The position numbers and the translations under genes are program-made. From NCBI GenBank assembly GCA_947445225.1, contig CANFCX010000001.1, forward strand, positions 154,287 through 217,355: a stretch of DNA of 63,069 nt, in the 5' to 3' direction. Within the stretch, counting starts at the first letter, position 1. Each line of letters begins with the position of its first letter. The notes under the pieces were generated by a model. It was given only the letters and a program-made list of their open reading frames with translations. It had not been told where the DNA came from and searched no databases. The stretch is from Rhodospirillales bacterium. GTDB lineage: Bacteria > Pseudomonadota > Alphaproteobacteria > CACIAM-22H2. Below are positions 1 through 9,565 of the stretch, piece after piece.

Positions 1-674
1 AATCCCACGACGCGTTGATCGCCGAAGAAAGCGACAAACTCCTGGATCAGGACAAGGTCGTGCGCGAGGCCATAAACGCCGTCGAGCAAAGCGGCATCGT
101 GTTCATCGACGAAATCGACAAGATTTGCGCGCGCAGCGAACGCGGCGGCGCCGATGTCAGCCGCGAGGGCGTGCAGCGCGATCTTTTGCCGCTGATCGAG
201 GGAACAACCGTGGCGACCAAACATGGCGCGGTTAAGACGGACCATGTGCTGTTCATCGCGTCGGGGGCATTTCACATCGCCAAACCCTCCGACCTTTTGC
301 CGGAGTTGCAGGGGCGCCTGCCGATCCGGGTCGAACTCAACGCGCTGTCGCGCGAGGATTTCGTTCGCATCCTGACCGAGCCGGAGAACAGCCTGATCAA
401 GCAATATGTGGCGTTGCTCGGCACGGAGGAAGTGACGCTCGATTTCACCCCCGACGGCATCGAAGAAATCGCCACGCTCGCCGCCGAAGTCAACGCGTCG
501 GTCGAGAATATCGGCGCGCGCCGCCTGCACACTGTGCTGGAGCGGCTGTTGGAAGAAATCAGCTTCGCCGCGTCCGACCTGCCGGGCACGTCGCTAACGA
601 TCGACGCGCCTTACGTCAGAAAGCAGGTTGCCGAACTCGTCAAGAACACGGATTTGAGCAAATTTATCTTGTGA
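1..674 (+). CDS. hslU: ATP-dependent protease ATPase subunit HslU, C-terminal part (5' end outside window, codon phase from nt 3)
   Basis: Translation contains FIDEIDKI (Walker B region), [11 protein letters not shown] and an HslU-type C-terminus ending DLSKFIL. Stop TGA at 672-674. Confidence 0.9.
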   Translation, partial: SHDALIAEESDKLLDQDKVVREAINAVEQSGIVFIDEIDKICARSERGGADVSREGVQRDLLPLIEGTTVATKHGAVKTDHVLFIASGAFHIAKPSDLLPELQGRLPIRVELNALSREDFVRILTEPENSLIKQYVALLGTEEVTLDFTPDGIEEIATLAAEVNASVENIGARRLHTVLERLLEEISFAASDLPGTSLTIDAPYVRKQVAELVKNTDLSKFIL

Positions 675-688
675 GCCTGGTGGGCACG

Positions 689-715
689 CCCGCGGACGCA
701 CATCAAGACCGCGGG
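689..715. terminator. GC-rich stem-loop between convergent hslU and ABC ATPase genes (candidate bidirectional terminator)
   Basis: CCCGCGG (689-695) is complementary to CCGCGGG (709-715), with a 13-nt loop. No clear U-tract. Confidence 0.3.
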
Positions 716-721
716 ACTAGT

Positions 722-1537
722 CTAATGCGTGCGTGCGCCCACGGAATGCCGCTCGACTTCAAGCGGGATGCAGACATGGATTTGGCGCCCGTTGCGCATG
801 GTCTCGAGCGCGCGCACCTCGATATCCACGCCATAAACATGGCGCAGCATCTCCGACGTGATGACCTCCTCCGGCGTACCAATGCGGGCGACGCGACCGT
901 CTTTCAGGATGACGACGCGGTTGCCGCACAGGAAGGCATGGTCGGGATCGTGCGTTGAAAGAATCACCCCGATGCCGCGGCTGGCGAGGGTCGTGATGCA
1001 GTCGAGCACGCGGACCTGGTTGCCGAAATCGAGGCTGGCGGTGGGCTCGTCCATCACCATGATCTTGGTCTCTTGGGCCAGCGCCCGGGCGATCAACGCC
1101 AATTGCCGTTGCCCGCCGCTGATATGGGTATAGGGCTGTTCGCGGATGTCCCAGATGCCCATGAATTGGATCATTTCTTCGGCGACGACGCGGTCGGAAC
1201 GCGAGGGCGAGGCGAACATGCCGATATGCGCGGTGCGTCCCATCAGAACGGTGTCCATCACCGTGAAGGGGAAATAGCCGGCGTAAGCTTGCGGCACGAA
1301 ACCGATGCCGCGGGCGATTTCCATCCGTTTCATCGACCGCAGGCTCTTGCCGTCGAGGAAGGCGTCGCCGCCCTGCGATTTCAAGAGGCCAAGGATGGTC
1401 TTGAACAACGTCGTCTTGCCGCCGCCATTGGGACCGAGCAAGGCAACGACCTCGCCGGGATTGACGTCGAAGGAAACGCCGCGGCCGACCGCCTTGCCGG
1501 GGTAGCCGAAGCTAAGATCGCGGACTTCGAGTTTCAT
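722..1537 (-). CDS. ABC transporter ATP-binding protein, iron-siderophore/heme/cobalamin (FecE/BtuD-like) type
   Basis: Walker A GPNGGGKTT, signature SGGQRQ, Walker B IMVMDEP. Last gene of an SBP-permease-ATPase operon. Confidence 0.85.
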   Translation of the reverse strand: MKLEVRDLSFGYPGKAVGRGVSFDVNPGEVVALLGPNGGGKTTLFKTILGLLKSQGGDAFLDGKSLRSMKRMEIARGIGFVPQAYAGYFPFTVMDTVLMGRTAHIGMFASPSRSDRVVAEEMIQFMGIWDIREQPYTHISGGQRQLALIARALAQETKIMVMDEPTASLDFGNQVRVLDCITTLASRGIGVILSTHDPDHAFLCGNRVVILKDGRVARIGTPEEVITSEMLRHVYGVDIEVRALETMRNGRQIHVCIPLEVERHSVGARTH

Positions 1538-1544
1538 CGCCGCC

Positions 1545-2636
1545 TCACTGCCACGCCCGGCGGCCGCGCGTCAGCAGCCACAGGAACACCGGCGCGCCGA
1601 TGAAGGCGTTGAGCACACCCAGCGGGATTTCCACCTGCGCCAGGGTGCGGGCGACGTTGTCGACGGCGAGGACGTAACCGGCCCCGAGCAGAAGGGTCGC
1701 CGGCAGCAGTCGCGAGAAATTCGGCCCCACCATCAGCCGCGCCATATGCGGGACGATCAGGCCAACGAAACCGATGACGCCGCTGATTGAAACCGCCGCG
1801 GCCGTCATCGCCGTTCCCGCCGCGATCAGAAGAATGCGTAGGCGGCTGGTATTGATGCCCAGCGCGCGCGCCTCTTCATCGCCCAGGCTCATCAGGTTGA
1901 TCCGCCAGCGTAAAAGCACCAGGGGAACGAGTCCGAGCGTAATCGGGATGAGCACGGTGCCCAGATCGGTGAGCTTCACCGAGGCGACGCTGCCCAACAG
2001 CCAATATTCGATCGCCGGCAATTGGTCATAGGGGTCGGCGATGTATTTGATCAGCGAGATGCCGGCCATCAACAGCGTCGAGGTGACCACGCCGGACAAC
2101 ACGAGCACGAGGGTCGGGTCGCTCTGGCCACGCACCAATTGCGCAATGCCATAAACCAGAAACACCGCGGCCAGACCGAAAACGAAGGAAAGCCCTTGGA
2201 TGAAGATCACGGGCAGGGACAGGAAGATGGCGAGCGCCGCGCCCAGCCCGGCGCCCGAGGACACGCCGAGGATGTCGGGCGAGACCAGCGGGTTGCGGAA
2301 AAGGCCCTGATAGGTGGCGCCGGATGCCGCGAGCGCCGCTCCGACCAACATCGCCGCGACCACGCGGGGCATACGAATTTGGAAAACCACGGTATCGACG
2401 ACCGGAGGCAGATCGTGCGCGATTCCGGTCAATTGCGCGATGAAGACCTCGATCAATTCGCCCGGGCTGACCGGATAACGTCCTATGGCGAAGGACAACA
2501 GGAACATCAGCACGAGCAGCAGCGTCGGCAGGACGAAAGCGCCATAACGGCGCTCGCTGAGCGCGGTAATCACGCCGACGATGCCGGCTGACGGAACCTC
2601 CGGTGCGGGCGCGGCGGATTGGCGGGTATCGCTCAT
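1545..2636 (-). CDS. FecCD/BtuC-family ABC transporter permease
   Basis: 363-aa polytopic hydrophobic protein with FecCD-like layout, ATG start. Ends 8 nt before the ATPase start. Confidence 0.85.
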   Translation of the reverse strand: MSDTRQSAAPAPEVPSAGIVGVITALSERRYGAFVLPTLLLVLMFLLSFAIGRYPVSPGELIEVFIAQLTGIAHDLPPVVDTVVFQIRMPRVVAAMLVGAALAASGATYQGLFRNPLVSPDILGVSSGAGLGAALAIFLSLPVIFIQGLSFVFGLAAVFLVYGIAQLVRGQSDPTLVLVLSGVVTSTLLMAGISLIKYIADPYDQLPAIEYWLLGSVASVKLTDLGTVLIPITLGLVPLVLLRWRINLMSLGDEEARALGINTSRLRILLIAAGTAMTAAAVSISGVIGFVGLIVPHMARLMVGPNFSRLLPATLLLGAGYVLAVDNVARTLAQVEIPLGVLNAFIGAPVFLWLLTRGRRAWQ

Positions 2637-2731
2637 GTGGTTACGGCTCGGACGAGGTTGCCTCTGGGGAACGTCACCCTACCCTTTTCGGGCCGGGCAG
2701 GAAAAAGGATTCTGAACGGGACAAAACGGTT

Positions 2732-2764
2732 GGCCCTCCTCCAGCTTTGGGCCGGGGGAGGGCC
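2732..2764 (-). other. Intercistronic GC stem-loop between the SBP and permease genes
   Basis: GGCCCTCC (2732-2739) pairs with GGAGGGCC (2757-2764). It lies inside a 163-nt spacer within an otherwise tight operon. Confidence 0.4.
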
Positions 2765-2799
2765 AAGGGTCGACGTTGAAAGACGTAACCGGCCGCTGG

Positions 2800-3867
2800 T
2801 TAGGACTTGCGGCCGGCCGTGGCCAGCAATTCGTTGACCTGCGCGTCGGTCAATTTGATGTGATAGAAAAGCTCGTAGAATTCGCGCGCCGAAGCCGCGA
2901 GATCGACATTCTGCTGGTCCGGATAAAGCAGATAGGTGAGCCAGCGCACGCCCATCAACCGATTGACGGAGGGCGGCATGTCGAACCAGGGAAACGGGAA
3001 TTCGGGCGCCAGATAGAACCGCTTGTCCTTGATCGCCTTGATCGCCGACCAACGCGGATCGGTGGGCATCTTGCCGAAGAAATCGCGCTCGATGGTCAGG
3101 ATGATGTCGGGGTTCCAGGTCAGGACCTGCTCGATCGATACGGTGTTGAGCCCGCCCTTGCCCGCCGCTTCGGCCACGTTGCGCGCGCCGACCTTTTCCA
3201 GCAGCTCGACATTGATCGAGCCCTGGAGTCCGGTGTCCAGCCCGTTGGGGCCGCGGCCGTAATAGACCTTCGGCCGCTTATCGACCGGCACTTTGGCCTG
3301 AATGGCCTTGACCTCGGCGACGACCTTTTCGGCATAGGCTGCGAGTTTCTCCGCGCGTTCGGGCACGCCGAGGGCCTGGCCCAGCAGCCGGTAAGCCTCG
3401 GGAATCTTGTCGAAGGAGCCGTCGACCAGCATGTAAGGGATTTTCGTCTGTTCCTGCATGCGGTCGGCGATTTCGGTGAAGGCTTGGTTGATCGTGCCAT
3501 AGTCGAAGATGAGATCGGGCTTGGTTCCAAGCACGACTTCGATATTGGCGGTGTTGCCCCGATCGGTCAGCCGGCCGACTTCGGGCAGGTCGAAATATTG
3601 TTTGGGCATGAACGGCTCGGCGCGGGCCGCCATCTTGCGCGTCCAGCCGATCAGCTTTTCCGGCGCCAATGTGTAGATCAGGATGGTGGCGGGATTGCCG
3701 GCGGCATAAACGTGTTTCACCTCGGCGGGAACGGCGATCTTGCGTCCGGCGGAATCGGTGATCGTCTTGGTTTGGGCGCCGGCGTCGGCGGTGAAGCCCG
3801 CAAGCGCGAAGGCGGCGGCGACGGCCGGCAAAAGACGCCAGGAACGGCTCGAGGCGTGGCGCAACAT
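2800..3867 (-). CDS. Periplasmic substrate-binding protein, iron-siderophore/cobalamin (Peripla_BP_2-like) class
   Basis: N-terminal signal peptide (LLPAVAAAFALAGFTADAGAQ). Size and position upstream of the FecCD permease fit. SD AGGAGGGG precedes the ATG at 3867. Confidence 0.8.
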   Translation of the reverse strand: MLRHASSRSWRLLPAVAAAFALAGFTADAGAQTKTITDSAGRKIAVPAEVKHVYAAGNPATILIYTLAPEKLIGWTRKMAARAEPFMPKQYFDLPEVGRLTDRGNTANIEVVLGTKPDLIFDYGTINQAFTEIADRMQEQTKIPYMLVDGSFDKIPEAYRLLGQALGVPERAEKLAAYAEKVVAEVKAIQAKVPVDKRPKVYYGRGPNGLDTGLQGSINVELLEKVGARNVAEAAGKGGLNTVSIEQVLTWNPDIILTIERDFFGKMPTDPRWSAIKAIKDKRFYLAPEFPFPWFDMPPSVNRLMGVRWLTYLLYPDQQNVDLAASAREFYELFYHIKLTDAQVNELLATAGRKS

Positions 3868-3946
3868 GAGGGCCCCTCCTAATATCTGGTTAGATATAAC
3901 GCATCTTACTTAGAACCGATCTTCGAAGGCAAATCATACCTCATTT
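3868..3946 (-). promoter_or_regulatory. AT-rich 5' region of the ABC importer operon with an inverted repeat next to the SD (candidate operator/promoter)
   Basis: On the minus strand: TTCGAAG-ATCGG-TTCTAAG, then TTATATCT-AACC-AGATATT immediately upstream of AGGAGG. AT-rich in a GC-rich genome. Confidence 0.3.
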
Positions 3947-4531
3947 CTAAACGCGCTGACGACTCGGCCCGGATCGCTCGCGCCGCAGCAGAATGTAAAA
4001 GGCGCCATCGCCGCCATCCTTTGGTTGCGCCGGCACGGCGCCCAGCACTAAACCGCCCAGCGGCGGTTCGGCCAGCCAACGCGGCAGATTGGCGCGCAGC
4101 ACCCCGATTTCGCCGGTCGCGGCCGAGCCTTTGCCGGTAATGACCAGAACACAGCGGCTCCCGCTTTCTCGCTGGCGCAGGATGAAGCCGTTGAGGGCGC
4201 GGTGGGCCGCGGCTTGCGTCATTCCGTGCAAATCGATGCGCCCGTCGAGCTTCAACAGCCCGCGTCGAAGCCTCAGCGCGGTCGGGCGATCCAGCGGGCG
4301 CGGCCGATCGGTGCTCGGCGGCTCGATGGAGGGCGGATGGTCACCGATCGCCTTCGGCAGGGCCTTTGGCATGCGTGGCGGCCGGGACGGCGCCTTGGGA
4401 TGGCGGCGTGGACCAAGCGGCCGGGTGTCCTTCATCGCCGCGCGAAACAGCGCGGCCTCGTCGGGGTTGAGGGCGCGGGCGCGCGGGCGTTGCGCCGGGA
4501 CCAGAACCGGCGGCTTAGGCTTCCGTGCCAT
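3947..4531 (-). CDS. Smr (MutS2 C-terminal-like) domain protein
   Basis: C-terminal Smr motifs LDGRIDLHGMT and VLVITGKG. Start set at ATG 4531 (MARKPKPP); the maximal ORF reaches 4579. Overlaps the lutC end by 17 nt. Confidence 0.75.
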   Translation of the reverse strand: MARKPKPPVLVPAQRPRARALNPDEAALFRAAMKDTRPLGPRRHPKAPSRPPRMPKALPKAIGDHPPSIEPPSTDRPRPLDRPTALRLRRGLLKLDGRIDLHGMTQAAAHRALNGFILRQRESGSRCVLVITGKGSAATGEIGVLRANLPRWLAEPPLGGLVLGAVPAQPKDGGDGAFYILLRRERSGPSRQRV

Positions 4532-5201
4532 CGACCAAAAGGATATGCAGCCGGCGCGGTCCATGGGCGCCCAGGACAATGCGTTGTTCGATGTCCCCCG
4601 TGCGCGAGGGGCCGGTGATCAAATGCAGCGAGCGGGGCATGAAGGCGGCGCCGGCTTCGCGGCGGAGGCGGGCGAAAACCTCTTCGCAACTGACGACAAT
4701 ACGCGACGCGCCGAGGACAACGATATGGGTGTCGGGTACGAAGCTGATCGTTGACGGGCTGGTCTCGCTGGAAACCATGGCGAGCGTGCCGGTTTCCGCC
4801 ACGCCGGCAAAAGCACGGGCGATCCCGGTGGCGTCAGTCGCCAGCGCCCTGCCCGGCCGCAGTTTGAGCTTCGGCCGCTCCGCCCACAGCAGCCGGTCCA
4901 GCCAGGGATCCGGTGCCATCACCAGGTCCCTGGGCAGGTCATGCGCGGCGAGATAGTCGGCGACGGCGATGGGTATGCGGCGGGGGCCGTCGAGCCGCTC
5001 CACGGTTGCCGCGGCACCGACCGCCAATTCAATAAAAAGCTCGATCAAACCGGCGGGGTCGCGGCGGGTACGGGCGGGAATGATGCCGGCGCGATGGTCG
5101 TCGAGCCGAGCGGCGATCGCCGCCTTGCCGGCCTCGCCCAAAGGGCCGCGACCGAGGCCACGACGAATCGAGTCCAGCATCTGCTCGCGCCCGCCGGTCA
5201 T
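4515..5201 (-). CDS. lutC: Lactate utilization protein C (LUD domain, YkgG-like)
   Basis: 228-aa product starting MTGGREQMLDSIRRGL. ATG at 5201 overlaps the lutB stop as ATGA. The long N-terminal ORF extension to 5693 was discarded. Confidence 0.8.
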   Translation of the reverse strand: MTGGREQMLDSIRRGLGRGPLGEAGKAAIAARLDDHRAGIIPARTRRDPAGLIELFIELAVGAAATVERLDGPRRIPIAVADYLAAHDLPRDLVMAPDPWLDRLLWAERPKLKLRPGRALATDATGIARAFAGVAETGTLAMVSSETSPSTISFVPDTHIVVLGASRIVVSCEEVFARLRREAGAAFMPRSLHLITGPSRTGDIEQRIVLGAHGPRRLHILLVDGTEA

Positions 5202-6640
5202 GGCCGGGATCCCTTTTTCGCCGCCGGCTGCGCCCGCATGGCCCACAGCTGCTGAAATGTCCTCCCCGACGGCGCCGGCATGTCGCGAACCGCGGTCCAG
5301 CCGCCGGCCAAGGGCAAGGTCCGAACATAACCCAACCGGCCACCCATCAGGGCGAGCCAACGCGCCAACGCGCCGGCTGCGGCGCGATACAGAGCCGGGC
5401 GGCGGGCGAAGAAGGCCCACCAGGAAAGACCGCGGCGGATCGCGTGCGGCGCCAAATGCGCCGCGAATTCCCGCTCGCGCCAGTGGCGCATCATTTTCGG
5501 CAGCGGAATACGCATCGGACAGACGCTTTCGCAGCGTCCGCAAAACGTGGAGGCATTGGGCAGGTGGCCGGCTTCCGCCACGCCGAGCAGGGCCGGGGTC
5601 AACACCGCGCCCATGGGTCCGGTATAGACCCAGCCATAAGCGTGACCGCCGATCCCGGTGTAGACCGGGCAATGGTTGAGACAGGCGCCGCAACGGATAC
5701 AGCGCAAGATGTCCTGGAACTCGGTGCCGAGCAGGGCGCTCCGCCCATTGTCGAGGAGGACGACGTGAAATTCCTCCGGCCCGTCGACATCGCGCGCGCG
5801 GCGCGGGCCGGTCGCAAACGTCGTGTAAGCCGCCATCTCCTGCCCGGTGGCAGAACGGGCGAGTACACGCAGGATTGTCGCCGCATCCTCCAGGGTGGGC
5901 ACGAGCTTTTCGATTCCGGCCAGGACGATATGCGCCTTCGGCAGAAGCTGGGTGAGATCGGCATTGCCTTCATTGGTGACGATCACCGCCGAGCCGGTCT
6001 CGGCGACCAGGAAATTCGCGCCCGTGATGCCGACTTCGGCGGCGAAATAACGCGGGCGCAGGACGTTGCGTGCTTCGTCCACCAGAACCCGCGCGTCGTC
6101 CAATCGCCGATTGGTCGGCAGGCCATGGTGGCCGGCGCGAAAGGTCTCCGCCACCTGGGCCTGGGTCAGGTGGACGGCGGGCGCGATGATGTGACTGGGC
6201 GCCTCCTTGCGGAGCTGGATGATGTGTTCGCCGAGATCGGTCTCGACCGGCGCGATGCCATGACCGCCAAGGAAATCATTGAGCCCGATTTCCTCCGCGA
6301 CCATGGATTTTCCCTTGGTCACGGTGCGGGCATTCAGCCGGTGGCAAATGGCGAGGATCGTGTGCCGCGCTTCCTCGGCCGATCGACACCAATGAACGGT
6401 TCCGCCCTGTTCGGTAACGCGGCTTTCGAAACGTTCCAGATACTCGTCGAGATGAGCGATCGTGTGGTCCTTGATCGCCGCCGCGGCGGTGCGAAGGGCC
6501 TCGAATTCCGGCAGCGCCGCGACCGCCTGGGTGCGTTTTTCCTGCCAGCCCCTCGCGATATTTCCCAAGGCTGCCTGCAGCGGGACATCACCCAAGGCGC
6601 GGCGGGCGTTTTCCGGAAAGTCTTTCGTGGTGGGCTGCAT
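5198..6640 (-). CDS. lutB: Lactate utilization protein B, iron-sulfur cluster-binding (YkgF-like)
   Basis: Two ferredoxin-type Cys clusters (CIRCGACLNHCP, CGRCESVCP). ATG at 6640 lies 4 nt after the lutA stop. Confidence 0.85.
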   Translation of the reverse strand: MQPTTKDFPENARRALGDVPLQAALGNIARGWQEKRTQAVAALPEFEALRTAAAAIKDHTIAHLDEYLERFESRVTEQGGTVHWCRSAEEARHTILAICHRLNARTVTKGKSMVAEEIGLNDFLGGHGIAPVETDLGEHIIQLRKEAPSHIIAPAVHLTQAQVAETFRAGHHGLPTNRRLDDARVLVDEARNVLRPRYFAAEVGITGANFLVAETGSAVIVTNEGNADLTQLLPKAHIVLAGIEKLVPTLEDAATILRVLARSATGQEMAAYTTFATGPRRARDVDGPEEFHVVLLDNGRSALLGTEFQDILRCIRCGACLNHCPVYTGIGGHAYGWVYTGPMGAVLTPALLGVAEAGHLPNASTFCGRCESVCPMRIPLPKMMRHWREREFAAHLAPHAIRRGLSWWAFFARRPALYRAAAGALARWLALMGGRLGYVRTLPLAGGWTAVRDMPAPSGRTFQQLWAMRAQPAAKKGSRP

Positions 6641-6644
6641 GACG

Positions 6645-7451
6645 TTATGAGCCGGGCCGCGCCGGCCTCGGGGCTTTGGCCGCGGGCGCGGATTGGCCGA
6701 TGGCCGGGCCGTTGGCCATGCCGGCGAGGACCTCCGCGACATGGCGGCAGTGTACCGCCGCGCCGAGTCGGGACAGCTTGCCGGCGATGTTCAGCAAACA
6801 GCCCATATCGCCGGCCAACAGCGTCGCCGCGCCGGTATCGATAACCGCCGCCACCTTGTCCCCGACCATCCGGTTCGAGATTTCGGGATATTTGACGCAG
6901 AACAGGCCGCCGAAGCCGCAGCAGCTCTCGGCGGCGGATAATTCCTTGAGGGCCAGTCCTTCGACCGCCCCGAGAAGCGCGCGCGGCTGGCCCTTGATGC
7001 CGAGTTCCCGGAGACCGGAGCAGCCATCGTGATAGGTGACGGTTCCGGCATGGGCGGCGGCGACCTTCGTCACGCGCAAAACGTCGTGCAGGAAGGACAC
7101 CAGTTCAAAGGAACGCGCCGCGAGGCGCCGGGCGCGATTTTCCCAAAGCGGATCGTCGGCGAGCAACGCGGGAAAATGCACCTTGAGCATCCCCGCGCAC
7201 GACCCGGAGGGTGCCGCGACATAGTCGTAACCTTCGAACAGGGCGATCAGATTGCGGGCCAATTCCTGGGCCGTCGCCTTGTCGCCCGAATTGTAGGCCG
7301 GCTGCCCGCAGCAGGTTTGGTCGCGGGGCACCTCCACGATACAGCCCGCGTCTTCGATCAGTTTGACCGAAGCAAAGCCAACCTCCGGCCGAAACAGATC
7401 GACCAGGCAGGTCACCAATAACCCAACGCGCGGCCGTGCGGGTGTTGTCAT
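6645..7451 (-). CDS. lutA: Lactate utilization protein A, (Fe-S) oxidoreductase with CCG motifs (YkgE-like)
   Basis: Duplicated CCG motifs (CCGQPAYNSGD, CCGFGG). First gene of the lutABC order. Confidence 0.85.
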   Translation of the reverse strand: MTTPARPRVGLLVTCLVDLFRPEVGFASVKLIEDAGCIVEVPRDQTCCGQPAYNSGDKATAQELARNLIALFEGYDYVAAPSGSCAGMLKVHFPALLADDPLWENRARRLAARSFELVSFLHDVLRVTKVAAAHAGTVTYHDGCSGLRELGIKGQPRALLGAVEGLALKELSAAESCCGFGGLFCVKYPEISNRMVGDKVAAVIDTGAATLLAGDMGCLLNIAGKLSRLGAAVHCRHVAEVLAGMANGPAIGQSAPAAKAPRPARPGS

Positions 7452-7505
7452 CGCCGTCTCGCGAACCTGTTGGTCGTTCGGTCCAAACCCAAGCGCGGGC
7501 TCAAG

Positions 7506-8690
7506 TTACTGGCTGGCGATCCGGCGTTCGGCCACGGTCCGCGGGATCAGCAGCCAATATTCCCCGGACGAGCGCATGCGGCCGGCGCGCTCCGCCGCCT
7601 CGGCTCCATAACCCCAGAAAATGTCGCCGCGCACCGGGCCGCGAATGGCGCCGCCGGTGTCTTGCGAGATCAGGAGCCGCCGCACCCGAAGCCGCGGATC
7701 GAGAGGGTCTTCCGCGTCCAGCCACACCGGCAGACCCATGGTCAGGAACGCACGGTCGACGGCGAGGCTGCGGCCGGGCGTCAACACGGTGCCTTCAGCG
7801 CCGAGAGGCCCGTCGCCGTCCAACGCGCGAAAAAAGACATAGGAGGGGTTCTTCGCCATGACCGCGGCGGCTTCATCGGGATGGGAGGCGAGCCAGGCGC
7901 GAATCGACTGCATCGATACGTCGCCGGTTGGCACGCCGCGCGCCACCAATTCGCGTCCGATCGCGTAATAGGGCTGGCCGTTGGCCGAATCAAAACCGAC
8001 ACGCACAACGCTGCCATCCTCGAGGACCACGCGGCCCGAGCCTTGAATATGGAGGAAGAACGCATCGACGGCGTCATCGACCCACAACATTTCGAGGTTG
8101 CGCCCCGCGATCGCGCCGGCATCGATTTCGGCGCGATTGGCGAAGGGGCGGAGGGCGCCGCCGACGACACGCCCGCCGAGGCGCTGGCCGCGCCATTCTT
8201 CCTTGAACAGGCCGAGATCGACCGTCACCAAATCGGGCGGGCGACGATAGAGCGGAACGGTGAAGCGGCCGCCGGGCCGGCGCGAACCGCGCAGCTCCGG
8301 CTCGTAATAACCCGTGAATAATCCGGCGCTCGCCTGATTGTTGCTGGCCTTATGGGGACGGAACCAGCGTTCGAAAAAGCCGCGGGCATCGGCGGCGGTC
8401 GCCGCCGCGGTACAGGCGGGTTTCCAGTCGCCGGCCAGGCCGAAGGCCCGATCCGGCTCCATGGGGCGGTCATCGGCCAGCCGAAGAAGTCGAGCGCAAG
8501 AGCGGCGAAAGGCGGCGAGCGCGGCTTGATGATCGTCACGTTCCCATCCCGACAAGGCGCCGAAATCGGTCGGGGTTAACGTGAGGCTGTCCGCGGGTTT
8601 TACCGGCGGCGATGGCGGCGCGCAGGACGCCGCCGCGAGCAGCGCCAAGGCCGTGATGGCAACGCGCGGGCGAAGCAATCGAGGAAGCAA
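7506..8690 (-). CDS. mltA: Membrane-bound lytic murein transglycosylase A
   Basis: Lipobox LAAASC. MltA-like blocks FFERWFRP, TGYYEPELRGS and a 3D-domain C-terminus. TTG start 3 nt after the upstream stop. Confidence 0.8.
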   Translation of the reverse strand: MLPRLLRPRVAITALALLAAASCAPPSPPVKPADSLTLTPTDFGALSGWERDDHQAALAAFRRSCARLLRLADDRPMEPDRAFGLAGDWKPACTAAATAADARGFFERWFRPHKASNNQASAGLFTGYYEPELRGSRRPGGRFTVPLYRRPPDLVTVDLGLFKEEWRGQRLGGRVVGGALRPFANRAEIDAGAIAGRNLEMLWVDDAVDAFFLHIQGSGRVVLEDGSVVRVGFDSANGQPYYAIGRELVARGVPTGDVSMQSIRAWLASHPDEAAAVMAKNPSYVFFRALDGDGPLGAEGTVLTPGRSLAVDRAFLTMGLPVWLDAEDPLDPRLRVRRLLISQDTGGAIRGPVRGDIFWGYGAEAAERAGRMRSSGEYWLLIPRTVAERRIASQ

Positions 8691-8693
8691 GAC

Positions 8694-9380
8694 CTATTGC
8701 TGTGCGGCTGTCGCGACCAACAGCCAGTTCGGATCGCGCGTGCGCGTGTTCCGGCTGAAGGTCCAAATGTCGGTGATCGTCGCCACCTGCGTGGCATCGC
8801 CGTCGACCGTGCGCCCTTCCGCGTCGCGGGTAACGTTGATCTGTTCGGTCTCGAGCTTGACCGATACGACGGCATCGCGGCCATTCATGGCGGCCTCGAC
8901 GATTGCCGCGTTCTTGACACCGACCAGCGTGGTTTCAAGAACCTGGCCGGCGGCGTGACGTTCGCGGATCGCCGCCGCGAATCGTTCATAAACATCGTCG
9001 GCGAGCAACGGGCGCAAGGTTGAGGTGTCGCCGGCGGCGAAGCTGTTGAGGATGACCTCGAAGGCGGCCTTGGCCCCGCCGAGAAAGACCCGGGGGTCGA
9101 AACTGGGGTCGGCGATCTTGAGTTGCGCGATCCCGGCTTCCAGGGCGCTGCGCGGCGGCGCGGCCGGCGCGGTTTCGCCGGGTGCCGGACGTTCCGGCAG
9201 ACGCGTCACATCGTCCGCCGGCGATTCGGCCTCCCCCGGCGTGGGTTTGACATACGGGTTGGGACGCTGTTGTTCGTTGCCAGTCCTTCGGCCGAGCACG
9301 GCGCGCAGGCGCAGCACCAGGAACGCCGCCACCATGGCGAAGAACACGATGTCGAGAAAAGGCGGCAAACCGTCGGTCAT
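8694..9380 (-). CDS. Tim44-like domain protein (single N-terminal TM helix)
   Basis: N-terminal TM segment, Pro-rich linker and Tim44-like C-terminal domain. The mltA/Tim44-like/secB neighbourhood is typical of alphaproteobacteria. Confidence 0.8.
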   Translation of the reverse strand: MTDGLPPFLDIVFFAMVAAFLVLRLRAVLGRRTGNEQQRPNPYVKPTPGEAESPADDVTRLPERPAPGETAPAAPPRSALEAGIAQLKIADPSFDPRVFLGGAKAAFEVILNSFAAGDTSTLRPLLADDVYERFAAAIRERHAAGQVLETTLVGVKNAAIVEAAMNGRDAVVSVKLETEQINVTRDAEGRTVDGDATQVATITDIWTFSRNTRTRDPNWLLVATAAQQ

Positions 9381-9565
9381 CCAAATCCCATCGGCGCAAA
9401 GGCTGGACCGCCACCATGGCGTCGGTTAAACCTTGCTCGCGTCAGGTTACCGGCTCGGCGGCACCCGGTCCAGCCCGGACCTCAATTCCCCTAGATGGGC
9501 TTCGCGCGGTGTCAGGACAACCCGTCGCGTGGCGATGAGCCATCGTTTTCGCACGGATTGTCGAC

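Noticed and set aside
3868-3946. Possible cobalamin riboswitch upstream of the BtuCD/FecCD-type importer.
   Set aside because: Only about 80 nt are available, the region is AT-rich rather than structured, and I see no B12-box-like GCCACTG core. It is too short for a cobalamin aptamer.
4515-5693. The maximal 392-aa ORF as a long LutC, and similar long N-terminal extensions of lutB, thrS, pheT, lepA, parB, holA, the YkuD-domain gene, the MAPEG gene, GST and the methyltransferase at 26246.
   Set aside because: The extensions overlap upstream genes, are Arg/Pro-rich, and precede internal ATG codons that give conserved N-termini, often with ATGA coupling or an SD. The shorter starts were adopted.
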